A stretch of 64,000 bases of DNA from Azolla caroliniana (Eukaryota > Plantae > Polypodiophyta), in the NCBI GenBank assembly GCA_043228905.1, contig JBHGNT010000010.1, forward strand, positions 11,284,001-11,348,000, given 5' to 3'. The translations under genes and the position numbers were made by a program. The notes below the pieces were generated by a model, which searched no databases, was not told the origin of the DNA, and saw only the letters and a list, made by a program, of their open reading frames with translations. Below, piece after piece: positions 23,970 to 36,488 of this stretch. The stretch's first letter is position 1, and each line of letters begins with the position of its first letter.

Positions 23970-25756
23970 GTCGGCCATATTTTTCTATAAAGCATCCTTT
24001 GTTGTTGAAACGAACTTGCATTCCTTGCTCCACGATTTGGCTGACCGAGACCAAATTCTTTGTTATTGTAGGCACGTGCAAGATATTCTTGATGCAATTG
24101 TTTTTGTCATCTTTGCCAAATGGAATGTTGCTGATAAGCCGAATTGGATGAGTAGTGTTGTCTCCGGTTTTGACATAGCCATCCGGCTCTCATAAATCTC
24201 AGAACCATTCTTGATGAGATGTCATATGGTCATGTAATTGGTTAGTTGTCAGCTTGTGGAAGCTGACTCACACTTCTTCTTTCGGCACTCTTTTTCGTGG
24301 TGGCTGATTTTGCCACAATATCCGCACTCAATTGAGTTTTGTTGGCTTGGACCCATATGGAAGCCCCCCCTTATTCCGAAGGTTCCTCAATGGCTTCCAT
24401 CTTCTTGTCGAAGGTTTGAGTTCCCTTCATGAGATGAGCCGAATTGACCTCTTCTACCGCTCAACCTTGTCCTCGGGCTCCATCCAAATTCGAGAAGAAC
24501 ATTTTTCCTTACGACGTCTTGGTCTTGGTTCGAACGTGGTTCTCTTCAACCAATAGCATTGATTGAAGGTCGAAGAACGAAGAAGGGTTTTCTCTCGCTA
24601 AGATAGCCGTCCTTATCAAGTCGAACCGTTGTGCGAGGCCACCCAAGCAGACTTGAATCATCTCGTCTTTGTCCACGTTTATGTTGAAGGAGCCAAGTGA
24701 GTCACAAATGCTCTTGATCTTGGCGGTGTAGTTTGACACAAACATATCTTTTTGTCGTATGTTGTTCAACTCTTGGCCGAGTTGAAGCTTGCATGCTGTC
24801 ATGTTGGCAACAAAATGTTTCTTAAAGTTCGCCCATGCTTCTTTAGGTGTCTTGGCATCTCGAATGTGGCTAAGCATGTGGTCGTGGACACATGTTGCTA
24901 AGCAATACGTTACCCGACTCGCTCCTTCCTCCCACATTGGGTAGTTGGCGTTTGTAATGTCGGATTTGTTTTTGAGTGCATCGTTGATGTAGCTCCAATA
25001 CCCTTGGCCGACTAGGTATTGGTTCATCTTGTACTCCCAAGATGAAAAATTGCTCCAGTCTAGCTTTTCACTAGGGAGCAAGCTACCCATTTGTGTGTTC
25101 ATGTTGATGTAGTGTCTTCCTTTTTGGTTTTTCTTCCTTCGATCACATACTCATGCTATGTTGCGGTACTATGGTAACAGTGGGCGGATTTGTCTTCGAC
25201 ATATCGAACACACACTCACTATCAATCGGGTGGGATTAGTGGATATGCTAAACCACGTGCTCTGATACCATGTTAATAATTAGGTAATTAAATAAGGGTT
25301 AATTAGTGTTTAATTATGTGAGAAGTTAATAACGTATGTGATTAAGCTGCAGAAGCTTATGTGATATGTGTGTGCATGTGTGTGAGAGATAGAGATAGAG
25401 GAAGTTACATTTATGAACAATGAGATAAATGGGGGATGATTAACACGAGTGTAACTTTAAAAGAACTTTCTCTATATTAATAAGCATTAAGTTACAAAAA
25501 TACCCACAATAAGGTATATATACAATTCATGTGCAAGGGTGCATATGTGTGATTAGAATATATCTACAAGGATGTAAGTCCTATATTAAATATACTTGGT
25601 AGTGGAGGATCTAGAATGTATCCCCACTTACATACAAGTACAAGATCCTATTTAAGGGTTTAAAAGGTCAACACACTAACTAGATTCTATCTAGGTAACT
25701 ACAAAGTTACGTGGTTAACTAAATAGCTAAACTTAATTGAGTTTGATATCTCAACA
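23970..25756 (-). mobile_element. 3'-truncated Ty1/copia: 5' LTR 25271-25756, Met PBS 25259-25270, gag-protease
   Basis: GCTCTGATACCA abuts a TG..CA LTR; gag ORF 24509-25102 (EKLDWSNFSSWEYKM); CGYCGKISH knuckle. Confidence 0.88.
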
Positions 25757-27845
25757 CTATGATTGTCATCCTCTCTACAAGCCCGTTCAACTCAGGGGTC
25801 TTAGGAACAGTGTACTCGATTCAAATACCTTGAGCCTTGTAGTACTCCTCGAACTGCCCTTTGTATTCACCACCATTGTCGGTTCGAACAACCTTCAACT
25901 TTCGACCCGAGTCTCTTTATGCTCTTGCCTGGAACTCCTTGAATACCGACAGTACTTGATCTTTCGACTTAAGAACGAAAGCCCACAACTTTTTGTTGTA
26001 GTCGTCAATGAATGCCACAAAGTATTGTCCCCCTTGATGCGATGGAGCATCTACGTAACACACATCTGTGTGTACTAGTTCCATTGTAGCTTCTCTTCTC
26101 CTTGGTGTTCTCGCATGGAATGTAGCTCCGTTTTGCTTTCTGACTAGGCAATCAACACACTTCTCCAGGTGCACACCTTTCACTTCTAGCAGAAGCTTAT
26201 GATCAACTAGGATGTCCATTCCCTTTTCACTCATGTGGCCCAGCCTCTTATGCCATAACTCGCCTCTTGAGTCGACTACCACATTCGCTTCATTCTTGCA
26301 TAGTTGGGCATGCATCATATATGATAGGGTGTATAAGACGGATGATAGTCATACACAATATGAGGGATTGATCAAACCGATTAGATGGAGTTGTGAATTA
26401 TAATAGTTTTTATAGGTCAAGGTGGCTACGAATTAGAGAGGGAGACTCAAGAAATTAAGACAAAAGGTAGAGAAGATGAGAAAGAGATAAGAATGTTATA
26501 ACATTCCACTATCAAGTCAATAGAAAGGGGGATAAACTCCAAATTGAATTAAAAAACCAAAGAACTTCTTACTTCCGATCACTCAAACCTACAAATGTCT
26601 TTCACTATTCTACCTTAATCTCTTTCTTCCTTCGATTATGCTTCCCTCTTCCCACTACTAAGACCTCTCCTCCTCTACTCAGACTCTCCCTCTTTGTATC
26701 TTCTATCTCCCCTTTTATAGTCTTCTTATTCTTTCTCTTTCCTCATTTTTTTCCCGCTTTTTTAGAAGCTTTTTATCTTCTCTTTTTAGCTATGACACAA
26801 GGACCTTCTAATCGTCATATTTCCCTCATCTGAGCTTCATATTTAGAGATTTAAAATGTTACAGAAAGTTCTCTTTACGAGCTTTCTAACCCATATTTAA
26901 ACATGATATTTGGGTGACAATCGAAAGAGTTATGACCATTCCTTTTAGGCCATTTTTGGGTGGCCCACTTTTTTGCTTTTTCCTTTTCTCTGTGTCTCTT
27001 ACTTTTACTTTTGACTTCTTCTTAAGGTCTTGGTTTGTGTTCTTAGCCTCCAAATCTGAATGCTCCATACCTTATATTCTTCTAATGTTCAATGGCTTGA
27101 ATTCTAAAAACACTTTCACAATATATAATGTGCCTTGTTTCTGTGCTCGGGTCACTATGAGATTTCCTTTGCAGAACTTCCACTTGCCATTACGAAAGCG
27201 ACCACTATATCCTTCGTCGTCCATTCTTACGGTCGATATCAGATTCAGCTTGATATCGGGCATGTGTCGGACATCCTTCACAGTTAATCGACAACCTGTC
27301 GACGTCATCAAGCTTACACTTCCTATGCCGACTATCTTCCATTCACCATTATCTCCCATTTTCACATAGCCATGGTCTCCGGCTATGTAATTCGAGAAAC
27401 ACTCTCTCAAGGGAGTTATATGAAAAGATGCACCAGAGTCGATCATCCATGTGCATTCATCATTTGCAAGATTTGCACTTGCCTGATCACAAATAAACAA
27501 CGGTTCTTCTTTGCTCATAATGACTGTTGAGTGCCCTTTTCATCAGGAATCTTCCTGGGTTTGACATAATTGGAGACACTTTATCCTTCTTGAGGTGTCG
27601 ACAATCCTTCTAGACGTGTCCAAGTTTTCCACAATAGAAATATGTCAGTTTACCTCTGGACTTGGACCTGGCATGAGACTTATCTCTCTTTTGTGGACTT
27701 CTCTATTTGCTTCTTCCTTTGTCAGGGTGTTGAGCCAGGTTTGACTCCGACTGGGACAGGACACCCTTGTCCTTCCTTCTCATCTCCTCGTTCAAGCTTC
27801 TTGTTTTTACCACTTGTAGAGACAGGTTTTCTTCTTGACACGAGG
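25757..27845 (-). mobile_element. Tnt1-like copia protease-integrase fragment split by a solo LTR
   Basis: WMIDSGASFH (27072-27518 ORF) and LWHKRLGH..VHTDVC..FIDDY (25917-26318 ORF); removing the insert restores GTLYMMH. Confidence 0.88.
26322..27120. mobile_element. Solo LTR (799 bp)
   Basis: TG..CA termini flanked by TSD ATATA (26317-26321 and 27121-27125) inside copia coding sequence. Confidence 0.85.
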
Positions 27846-27849
27846 TGCT

Positions 27850-29016
27850 AAGAGTCAGATGTTGTTCCACGATTATATGAGCAAGTTAGAAACCACCAAA
27901 AAACTAAGAATGGTTTCTAGGAATACTTTTTAAGTAACATGGGGGTTAAGCAAGGATGTCCATTATCACCTTTAGTTGTGCATTAATAAATTGGGATGAT
28001 GAATAGGTTTCTGATGGAAGAAGGATTAGATGCCCCAAAACTTATGCAATAAGCTATCTTATTGAGGGTCAACTTAGATCCCATGGGTCAATATTTACCT
28101 ATTTATGGACCCTAAATCTACTTGGAAAGAGTTTTGAAAATGTCCAAAAACATTTTCTTACAAAGTTTTTACGAGTTAAGAAACAAACGCCATACATCCT
28201 CCTCCTCCTTAAGACGGGATCACTTCACATTGAGATCTTAGCCATGCAAAGGGTTGTTGAATACATGCTTAAGGTTCAAAAAAGTCCCTCAAATCAACTT
28301 CCTAGAATCGCATGGGAAGCAATAAAAAAGATCAAAAAGATGCATAAAAGCAAAATCTTGTGTTCTGGTTAGATGCAAGATATGAAAAAGTGGTTCAGTA
28401 GATGAGATGGGATGCAACACATTTGCTTCATGACGCATCAGTAGATTCCTAAGGAAACAGAGCCTTTTTGCAATGCCAATGTATCATGACATGGGACAAA
28501 TGTGGAGGCTCATGCTTCACACATTATACTACACATGTTGCACCTAACTACAAAACCATACTCTTCACGAAACGAGGAAACCGTACACGTCAATATATGT
28601 TAGAGCCCATACCATTATCTGTCATTTGAACCATTGCTTCCATGTGACTTAGCTCACATGCATTGCGATGTGAGATGGGGTGTTGGGGCACAAGTGATGA
28701 GAGTGGTCGGCTATGCACACTTTGCCCTAAACAAGTTCGAGAGTCTGAGTATCACACTTTGATACAATGCTCTGCCTTTGATCATATTTGACCATGCTTT
28801 CCACATCTCTTCAACAGAGCCCAATCCTTGCACGAATTTCTCTCATAACCACAATGTGCACTCTCGATTGCAACATTCATTGGTCAAGTTCTTGAACATC
28901 GAGAGTCGCTACTCACTTTCACATGTATCATGTGAAATATAATTTTTTTAGTCTCATAGGTCATATTTGACCTCCGAAGACGATAATATAATCTCTCTCT
29001 CTCTCTCTCTCTCTCT
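27850..29016 (+). mobile_element. 5'-truncated LINE (RT C-terminus, CCHC-type finger, (CT)n tail)
   Basis: NMGVKQGCPLSP near 27937-27970, RLCTLCPKQVRESEYHTLIQC near 28710-28770, then a simple-repeat tail. Confidence 0.8.
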
Positions 29017-31500
29017 TCGTAAATCGTATATTTGTATTTAAACAACATGACAATACAAAAGTTTTGCTATCTCAATTGGCTCTATTTGTGTAAATTTTTT
29101 GCATGTAATACAAAGATTTTGCTATCTCAACTACTTCACTAATAATGATATGGCAAGGTAAACCCTCTAAGGTGTTGTACTTCTAAATGTCATGAATCTA
29201 ATTGCATTGGGGATAAGATGTGCATAAATATAGTTGTCAAAACTACCAAATAAACTTTCTTTTCAGTCTATATATTTATTGTGGTGTCCTATGATGTTGT
29301 GAAACTCAGTCGTTTCATGATATGAAATAGAAGGAAAGTAGCTAAAGTTAGCTAGTGCTAGAAGTAATAAGTTTGCAGAATTTTTTGAATAGTATTTAGG
29401 TGTATTTGTATATATGTAAAGGTCTTATTAATGATTTAGCATAAATCATTATGATAATTACGTTCATGTGACATGTCACATAGTGACACATATTAGACCC
29501 TCACTAAAATAGAATTATCCATGTGAAGCAATACATAGCACCACATGGCACACATACAAATAGGCTTACTTGAGTATCCTAACAAGCCACATACACATAA
29601 AAGGACAAGGGAGTCTCTTAACAAGACACAAGGAGATGTACATATTGTGATATAGTGATTATAAGGAGTGGCGTTTATGTAAAATTCTTCAAAGACATCC
29701 TTGAAGCTGTTACATTTACTATATACTCTGTCCTAGGACTAGTTTGGCTTGTGAAGACTATATTTATGACACCTAACTACACTTATACGTACCTCTTTAC
29801 ACATTTGAAAGCACCAAACCACTCAAAAATCAAAGAACATCCATGACATACACACCAAAGTTTAAGTACACATATCCCCCCCTGCCCTCCTAAGTTGGTA
29901 CTTATGGAAGTATGCTCACATACATCCAACTACAATATATTTAGATACACATTAACATACAATTCCATGAGCACATACAACATAAAGTAGAGACATAGAT
30001 AGAAAACTTACGTTAAAGAGAAGGGATCTTCAAGGAGCGGGAACAAGTGCAAACTCATCTTCTTACTCCCTCAAACCTTAATGGGTGTCATCATCAAATT
30101 TGTCTTTCTTGGTTCAAGTCCCTAGTGGTTCCATCATTCATTTCACACATGTGTGTGAATTACCACAATAATGTGCCCAACCTACATCAAATGTTACAAG
30201 AGAGTCCTTAGTGTGCCCTTACATACCCACCTTGTCTATCACCCCCCCCCAAAGCTAACGAAGTAGGCTATGATATGGCGTGATAAAATCTGAATTTCAA
30301 AATTTAGAGCTAGAGACATGAAGGAAAAAGTAAAGTTGTGGTTGAAATCATGTAGGGACAGACAAGAGCGACCGCTTCCGTTAGAAAGCTCATAGCTTCC
30401 TCGTATGATATTAGATTTCAGAGTTCAAATAAGTGAATCAAAGAGAACGAAGTTCATCCCAAGCCATCAAAACCATCCCCAAGAGCCTAGCTTCAATATC
30501 TTCCAGTCCATTCCCACATTTGAGGACATCCTCAACAACCTCCTCCCATATATTCTCCTCTCCCCATGCCTCTATTGAATTTGGCCAATTGGACTATAAC
30601 TCCTACTCATCGTGTATACATCACACAATAAATACATGAAGTGGTGCAACCAAGATTGTGCAAATAGTAGGGTGGGTGGGACATTAAGTACTAACAAGAT
30701 GTTACATCCCTCAAGCCTTTTTTATGGTATCAACACAAGCTTTAAAGATAAAGGCTAATGCAACAAGAGAAAGATGAGAAAGAAGGTTAATGCAATAAGA
30801 TCCCTACACTATTGTGTGAGAAAAGAAGCCTTTCAATCACCTTAATATGTCAATTCTCCTTTCACAGCCACTATTAGATGATTCCTGTCCATGCTCAATA
30901 AGAAATCATCCACCTCATAAAGTTTGACAAATTTTTTACAAATCCCCCTTTTTCACTTATAATACATATTTGCTTTATTCTATACATGGTTGGGAGATAT
31001 AGGAAGTTTGCCTTGATCAGTGAACTCAGACTATTCTATTCAAGTAGCACTTCCTCTTTATTCCTTCTAGACTGTTTGTAAAGAAGCAATGTTGACCTAA
31101 AAGCTTTTTCTTGGCAAGCAAACCTTCCTTTACTCGAGCAACCCGACCACACATCTACAATATCTACTTTGCCTCCACCAATGCTAAGCTCGCTCTTCTC
31201 ATACATGCCCAACCTTCCTTCGTATCATGCATCTCATCTCCTTTACACACTTGAAGCTAAAGTTGAGCCTTTGAAACCATCCAAACTTCCATGATGAAAG
31301 TGTGTGAAAGATATACATAAATGCAAAGTGTATGTAGGTGGTGTTATATATGCCCCCTCATTGTGCCTCACATCAATCATGTGAATACATAAATGTAATG
31401 TATACATATATATATGTAATGTATGTCACGAGGCTTCATGTTTCTTAGTTTTCTTTAAAAAAATTGAAATACTCAATGTGTCATGTCTTGAGAGAGAATC

Positions 31501-31641
31501 ATACACATTACACATTACACATTACACATACACATTACACATACACATTACACATTACACATACATATAGACATTACACATTACACATACACATTACACA
31601 TTACACATTACACATACATATAGACATTACACATTACACAC
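31501..31641. repeat. Compound (CACATTA)n-type minisatellite
   Basis: Repeated CACATTA/CACATA units. Confidence 0.85.
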
Positions 31642-31716
31642 TATTTTTCCTCCCAAAATAAAAGCGCGCGCGCACACACAGACGCGAGAAGCTCACCTAC
31701 TGATATTCACACGCCT

Positions 31717-31752
<36 letters not shown>

Positions 31753-32466
31753 ATATGTATACATATGTATATATTCTATCTGACACAGAGCATTAAACAC
31801 AGAGAATAAAACACACAACATAAAACGCAGATACATTAACACAGATTTGTTTTCTTTTTTTCTCTTCCCATTTTAGCTTCCAGTTGGCCTCTTGTTTCTT
31901 AGTGAAATAACGTGTGGGCTTTGTTCTTTTTTTTTCTTTTTTTCTTTTTGCTTATTTGGATCTTGGAAGACAGAAGAATCATGTGGATGTTTGATTGTTT
32001 TTCCTAAGAGAGAAAGAAAGAGGATTCTTCCTTTTGGGCTCCATGGATTTTTATTGATCAAGTTGGGTTTTCCTTGCGTGGGGTTTAGGGAAGATTTCTA
32101 ATAAAAAGGTAAAAAATGAATGAATGAGCAATGAGGGGAAAGAGAAAGAAAGATATTTCTTAAAGCCAAGAAAGGGTTTGTTACTGGTTTTTTGGAAGAG
32201 AAAACGGGTCAGAAAACCCTAATTCATGGCAATTTTGATGGGTTAAAACAGGGATAGGTAGATACTCCAAAAAACCAGAGGCTATGCCAAAGGCAATGAA
32301 AGGATATATATATATATACAAAATATGATATAAATGTAACTATAATATTTATATATATGTGTGTGCTTGCGGGCGCTCATGGAGCAGATCATCGTAAATC
32401 TGAAGGAGAAAGGTCTTGAATCGGAATGAATCTACAAGTGTTATTTCTTCTCCTTTCTGTTTAAGA

Positions 32467-32956
32467 ATGAGGATGGAGATGAAGAGCAAGTTTGATGAGC
32501 GCACCGGGTGGGGCCATGTCTGGGTGAGCTCAGAATGGAAGATACAGTTTTTGGTTCTCAGTCCAGGAGATTTCAAGGTCTTCTCCTGCGAACAAAGAAG
32601 CACGATTGAGGTACTTGTATGTTTATGTGTATGTTGTATATGTGTGTACTTATACATGTATGTATATGATCCACATGTATGTATACGATGTGGATGCATA
32701 TATCATGATACGTACATACTTATGTACACTTGTAAGTGTATATGTATATGTGTATTTGACGTAGATGTAAATGATCTACATACATGATAATACTTATGTA
32801 TTTGTATATTATCCACGTGTATATGATGTATACTTGTGCGATCCACATGTACATGATGTACAAGGAATACGTATGTGTTTGTATATGTGGATGATCTACA
32901 TGTATCTGCTCTACATGTATAACGTATATGATTTTGAATGTATACTCATATCTTCA

Positions 32957-33000
<44 letters not shown>

Positions 33001-33151
33001 GGAAGATCCAATTTAGGTTTTGAGTATTTCAATGGCTGTCTGGCAGAGAACACTTTCTTTGCTTAAATGTTCAATTGGAATTTATAAGCCATTCCCAGCT
33101 TCATCGTCATCATCATCATCATCATCATCATCATCAGCGTCATCATCGTCG

Positions 33152-33201
<50 letters not shown>

Positions 33202-36200
33202 TTCATCATTGGCATCAGTGGATCTGAAAGTGCCCAAGAATAAATCGAAGAAGAAAATGTGGAAGTGCTTGGCAAAGCTCGTTTCATCAGATAAAACCTT
33301 CTCTCCAGCAAAGGTTGCTGTGCTTACAATCAAGCCACGAAGAGGAAAATCATGCTTTTTGATGTTTTCGAGCCTGGTAAATATCTGAAACTTGTGATGA
33401 GGCAGAAAGACTAACAGTCTTAATTTTTAGGTGATACTTTTTTATTTAATACATATGGGTTTAGAAAATAGAAAATTTGATGGGGGAATGTTGTATAATA
33501 GATGATAGTTTCTTAATCTAGGAGATTAGATATGGTAACATTGGTGGTGGAATTTTTGTAATAGATAATTTTTTTGTTTTAATCCGTAAAGAGTTCTTAA
33601 AAAGGAAGTTGAGCCATGAATCATGTAAAAAGAAGGGAAAGAAATCATGACAGGAAGAAGCAGAGACATGGAAATGCGGTCTTGAAGAAGGAGCGATTCT
33701 TGTCGAGGTAGCGATGAAAGATCCCAAGAAAACATCAAGAAGAAGCAAAGCATTGGAACAGGCTTCAGATGTTTTTGAACAAACAAGAATGTTCTTCAAA
33801 TCACAGTCATTGCTCAAGATACCATTCGGGTTGAGGTGGGAAGCTTACCCTCCATTGTTCAAAGTTCGACAAACCAGCCCTCATTCTTTCATTATGTCTG
33901 AGGAAGCAAATATAAGTACTGTCAGTGCTAAGATAGATATGTATGATGACAAGAAAGGGAATGCTTTATGGCCTGATCTGGCAACGCTTGATGGATGCAC
34001 CGATTTTCTACGCTCAAGTTGTTTGAATTTCCAGGCACTGGAGCAAGCAACTCTCATGGTTTACCATTTTAAAGGTTCATACCAAATGGGTGATGCGGAT
34101 CTTCCCGATGAGGTGAATAATTTACCATTAGTTTCGCTTCTTTGCAAATACAAGTTCTGTGTGGAAGCATGACATGGTGCTTATACACTATTTTGCCCAA
34201 AACATAGTGCTAAAAAAGCCAGAACCAGGGTTTTATATGGCACTACTGAGAGAAAATGTTTTTGTCAGATTGGGTGTCATTTCTTGGTACAGTTTAGTAT
34301 AAAAAATATTATCCATTTCTTTCGTTTGTTTACAGATCCCATAATACTGTATTAAACAAATATTGTATGGGAAATCTATTCCAGTTTCGTCTCGAAGCAT
34401 GGAAAGGCACAACACGTCGGATTGTTCAAGCCCTTGTGGATCAACTGATAGCAAGCAATCCTTCTTTGGAACCATGTCTCAATGATGAGGAACTTAGGGA
34501 GCAGGTATAAAAAGATAGTTTAGAGATAAATTATCAATTAGATTTTTGTTTCTTTCCCTCGCCTTAGAGATCATTATTTTATGGATAATCAGCTGTGGTC
34601 AGCTAGTGAAGTGTGGGTTTTTGGCGCTGTTCATGACAAAATTATGGGTGCTTGCAAGCAAATGTTCACACTACAAGATGCTTCTATGGATAGTATCCTG
34701 TCAAAACTTGAGAAGGTGGAACAATTTCTCTACTTAGTATGTGATTGTTTTTGTTCAGGATTCTAGAGCTTTTCATTTTTGTTATATTTATATGCAATTC
34801 TATTGTTGTATGTGATGAACAGGTTTCAAGAGCTATATATATATATGTATTTAAACACACTTGTAGCTTTTCCAGTTTATTATAGCTGTATATAAGCATT
34901 ATGTAATGTGTTATATATACGTATATGAGAATGCTACCTAATATAAGTACACAAAACCAGCTGAAAAGAAACGAAAATAAAAAACTATGAACTCAATATT
35001 TGTTCATTAAAATAGGTGGATCCTGCAAAGCTTGGAGTAAGAGCAGAATTTGAGCTCTTTGTGATTGGAGAAGCAATGGACGAGTTCAGATTGTTGAATA
35101 GACTACGATCTCCTTATGAGAAGGTCAACTATACTTAATTCGACCATAGAAGAATTTGATATTGATCGTATTTTTGTAACATTTTGCATCAGTTTTTTCA
35201 ATAGCATAATTCAACCTTTTCTTTAATATTATCCACATAAAAATTTCCAATATAAATGTAGGCGTTATGTTTACAAAAAACAGTTAGATGCATTGTGGAT
35301 GGGATCCAAAACCTCATCAAATCCTGCAGCAGAGGTAAAACATAAATTAAAACAATGTTTGTAATAGTTCGAATGATATATTAATTGCAATGAATTGGAT
35401 TGGATTTGGTAACCATTTGAATTTATATGTAATTTATATACAGCTCTGAATGATGCTGAAGGATTGTTACCATGTACAGACGATCTTTTATCATTTATGC
35501 TGCTCCTCATGGCACGAGCAAAAGTAATTCTCGCTATATATGCATATATGCAGTGTTTGAAACTCCAATTTTCAAGGATATGATTCTGTGAAACTCAATG
35601 ATTTATGCATGTATCTTTGGATGATAATGTATTTATTTCAGGTGAAATATCTCCATGCGAATGCTTGCTACATGGAAAATTTCATCAACTTATACAAGGA
35701 CACAAACCGAGGCGAACTCATGTGATTTATCTCCCAACTTTTGTTTTAACTCCATAAAACTTTTTGAAAGAAAGTAAAAATAATCAAGGAGAGAAATAAG
35801 GGCTGTAAAGCAATTGTTTTTATAGATCAAATGAAAATTAAAACATCACAATCAAAATCTATAAGCGAACATGGTGCTAATGTGGCATAATAATACCTCA
35901 TGGGTTTACATTTGACTTCTCTTTTGTAGGTATCATGTAACAAACTTTGTTGTAGCGTGTAATTATCTGCTTTCAGACAATGTTCAGGAGCTGGTGCTCG
36001 ATATCTCGAATGATGCATCAGATCCTAATAACGGAATGCTATCATCTCCGATTCTTAGCCACACACAACCTTCTTTGGGTTTGGTTGAGGATAATCTACG
36101 GTCAGCGTCTTCATCCTTTGTGAAAAGCGCAAGTAGCATAAGTGAGCTTGAGACCCGAGTGGCTTCGAGCCGAAATGATAGCCTTGAGTCAAATACCAAT

Positions 36201-36488
36201 CTTCTTACATCAAGAGATTACATGTGGGAAGAGGCCCTCCCTTCTCTGGATCGAGAAGCATTCAGCCAGTGGAGAAATAGTGAGAGGTGTACTAGTGGTG
36301 AAGATGAATTCAGAGAAAGTGTAGAAAGTTGTTACCACCCAAAAACGCGTTTGACAGATTGTAAACAATCCAAGGACGATTCAGTTGAAGCAGTGGTTGA
36401 AACAAATCAAGCCATGACACATTGGAAAGACTTGTTCACACATCTTGGTGATTCACCGGATTTTTTACTTGCATCCACTTACCAATAG
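32467..36488 (+). CDS. PH-domain + VPS9-domain protein (putative Rab5-family GEF), 10 exons, ~691 aa
   Basis: Hand-built GT-AG exons 32467-32610, 33047-33376, 33654-34112, 34385-34504, 34593-34715, 35016-35123, 35262-35334, 35444-35523, 35642-35721 and 35930-36488 join into one open frame of 2076 nt. VPS9 motifs: RSPYEK, TDDLLS, LHANACYMENF, GELMYHVTNF. PH-like C-terminal helix: EEAETWKCGL. The 5' end is uncertain because a strong acceptor sits just before 32466. Confidence 0.85.
33100..33207 (+). repeat. (TCA)n microsatellite encoding poly-Ser
   Basis: About 35 TCA/TCG codons in frame within exon 2. Confidence 0.95.

Noticed and set aside
29020-31460. Possible decayed LINE or DNA-transposon coding remnants
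   Set aside because: No motif I could identify with confidence.
33063-33333. Minus-strand poly-Met and poly-Asp ORFs
   Set aside because: They are antisense readings of the (TCA)n tract in the PH-VPS9 exon.
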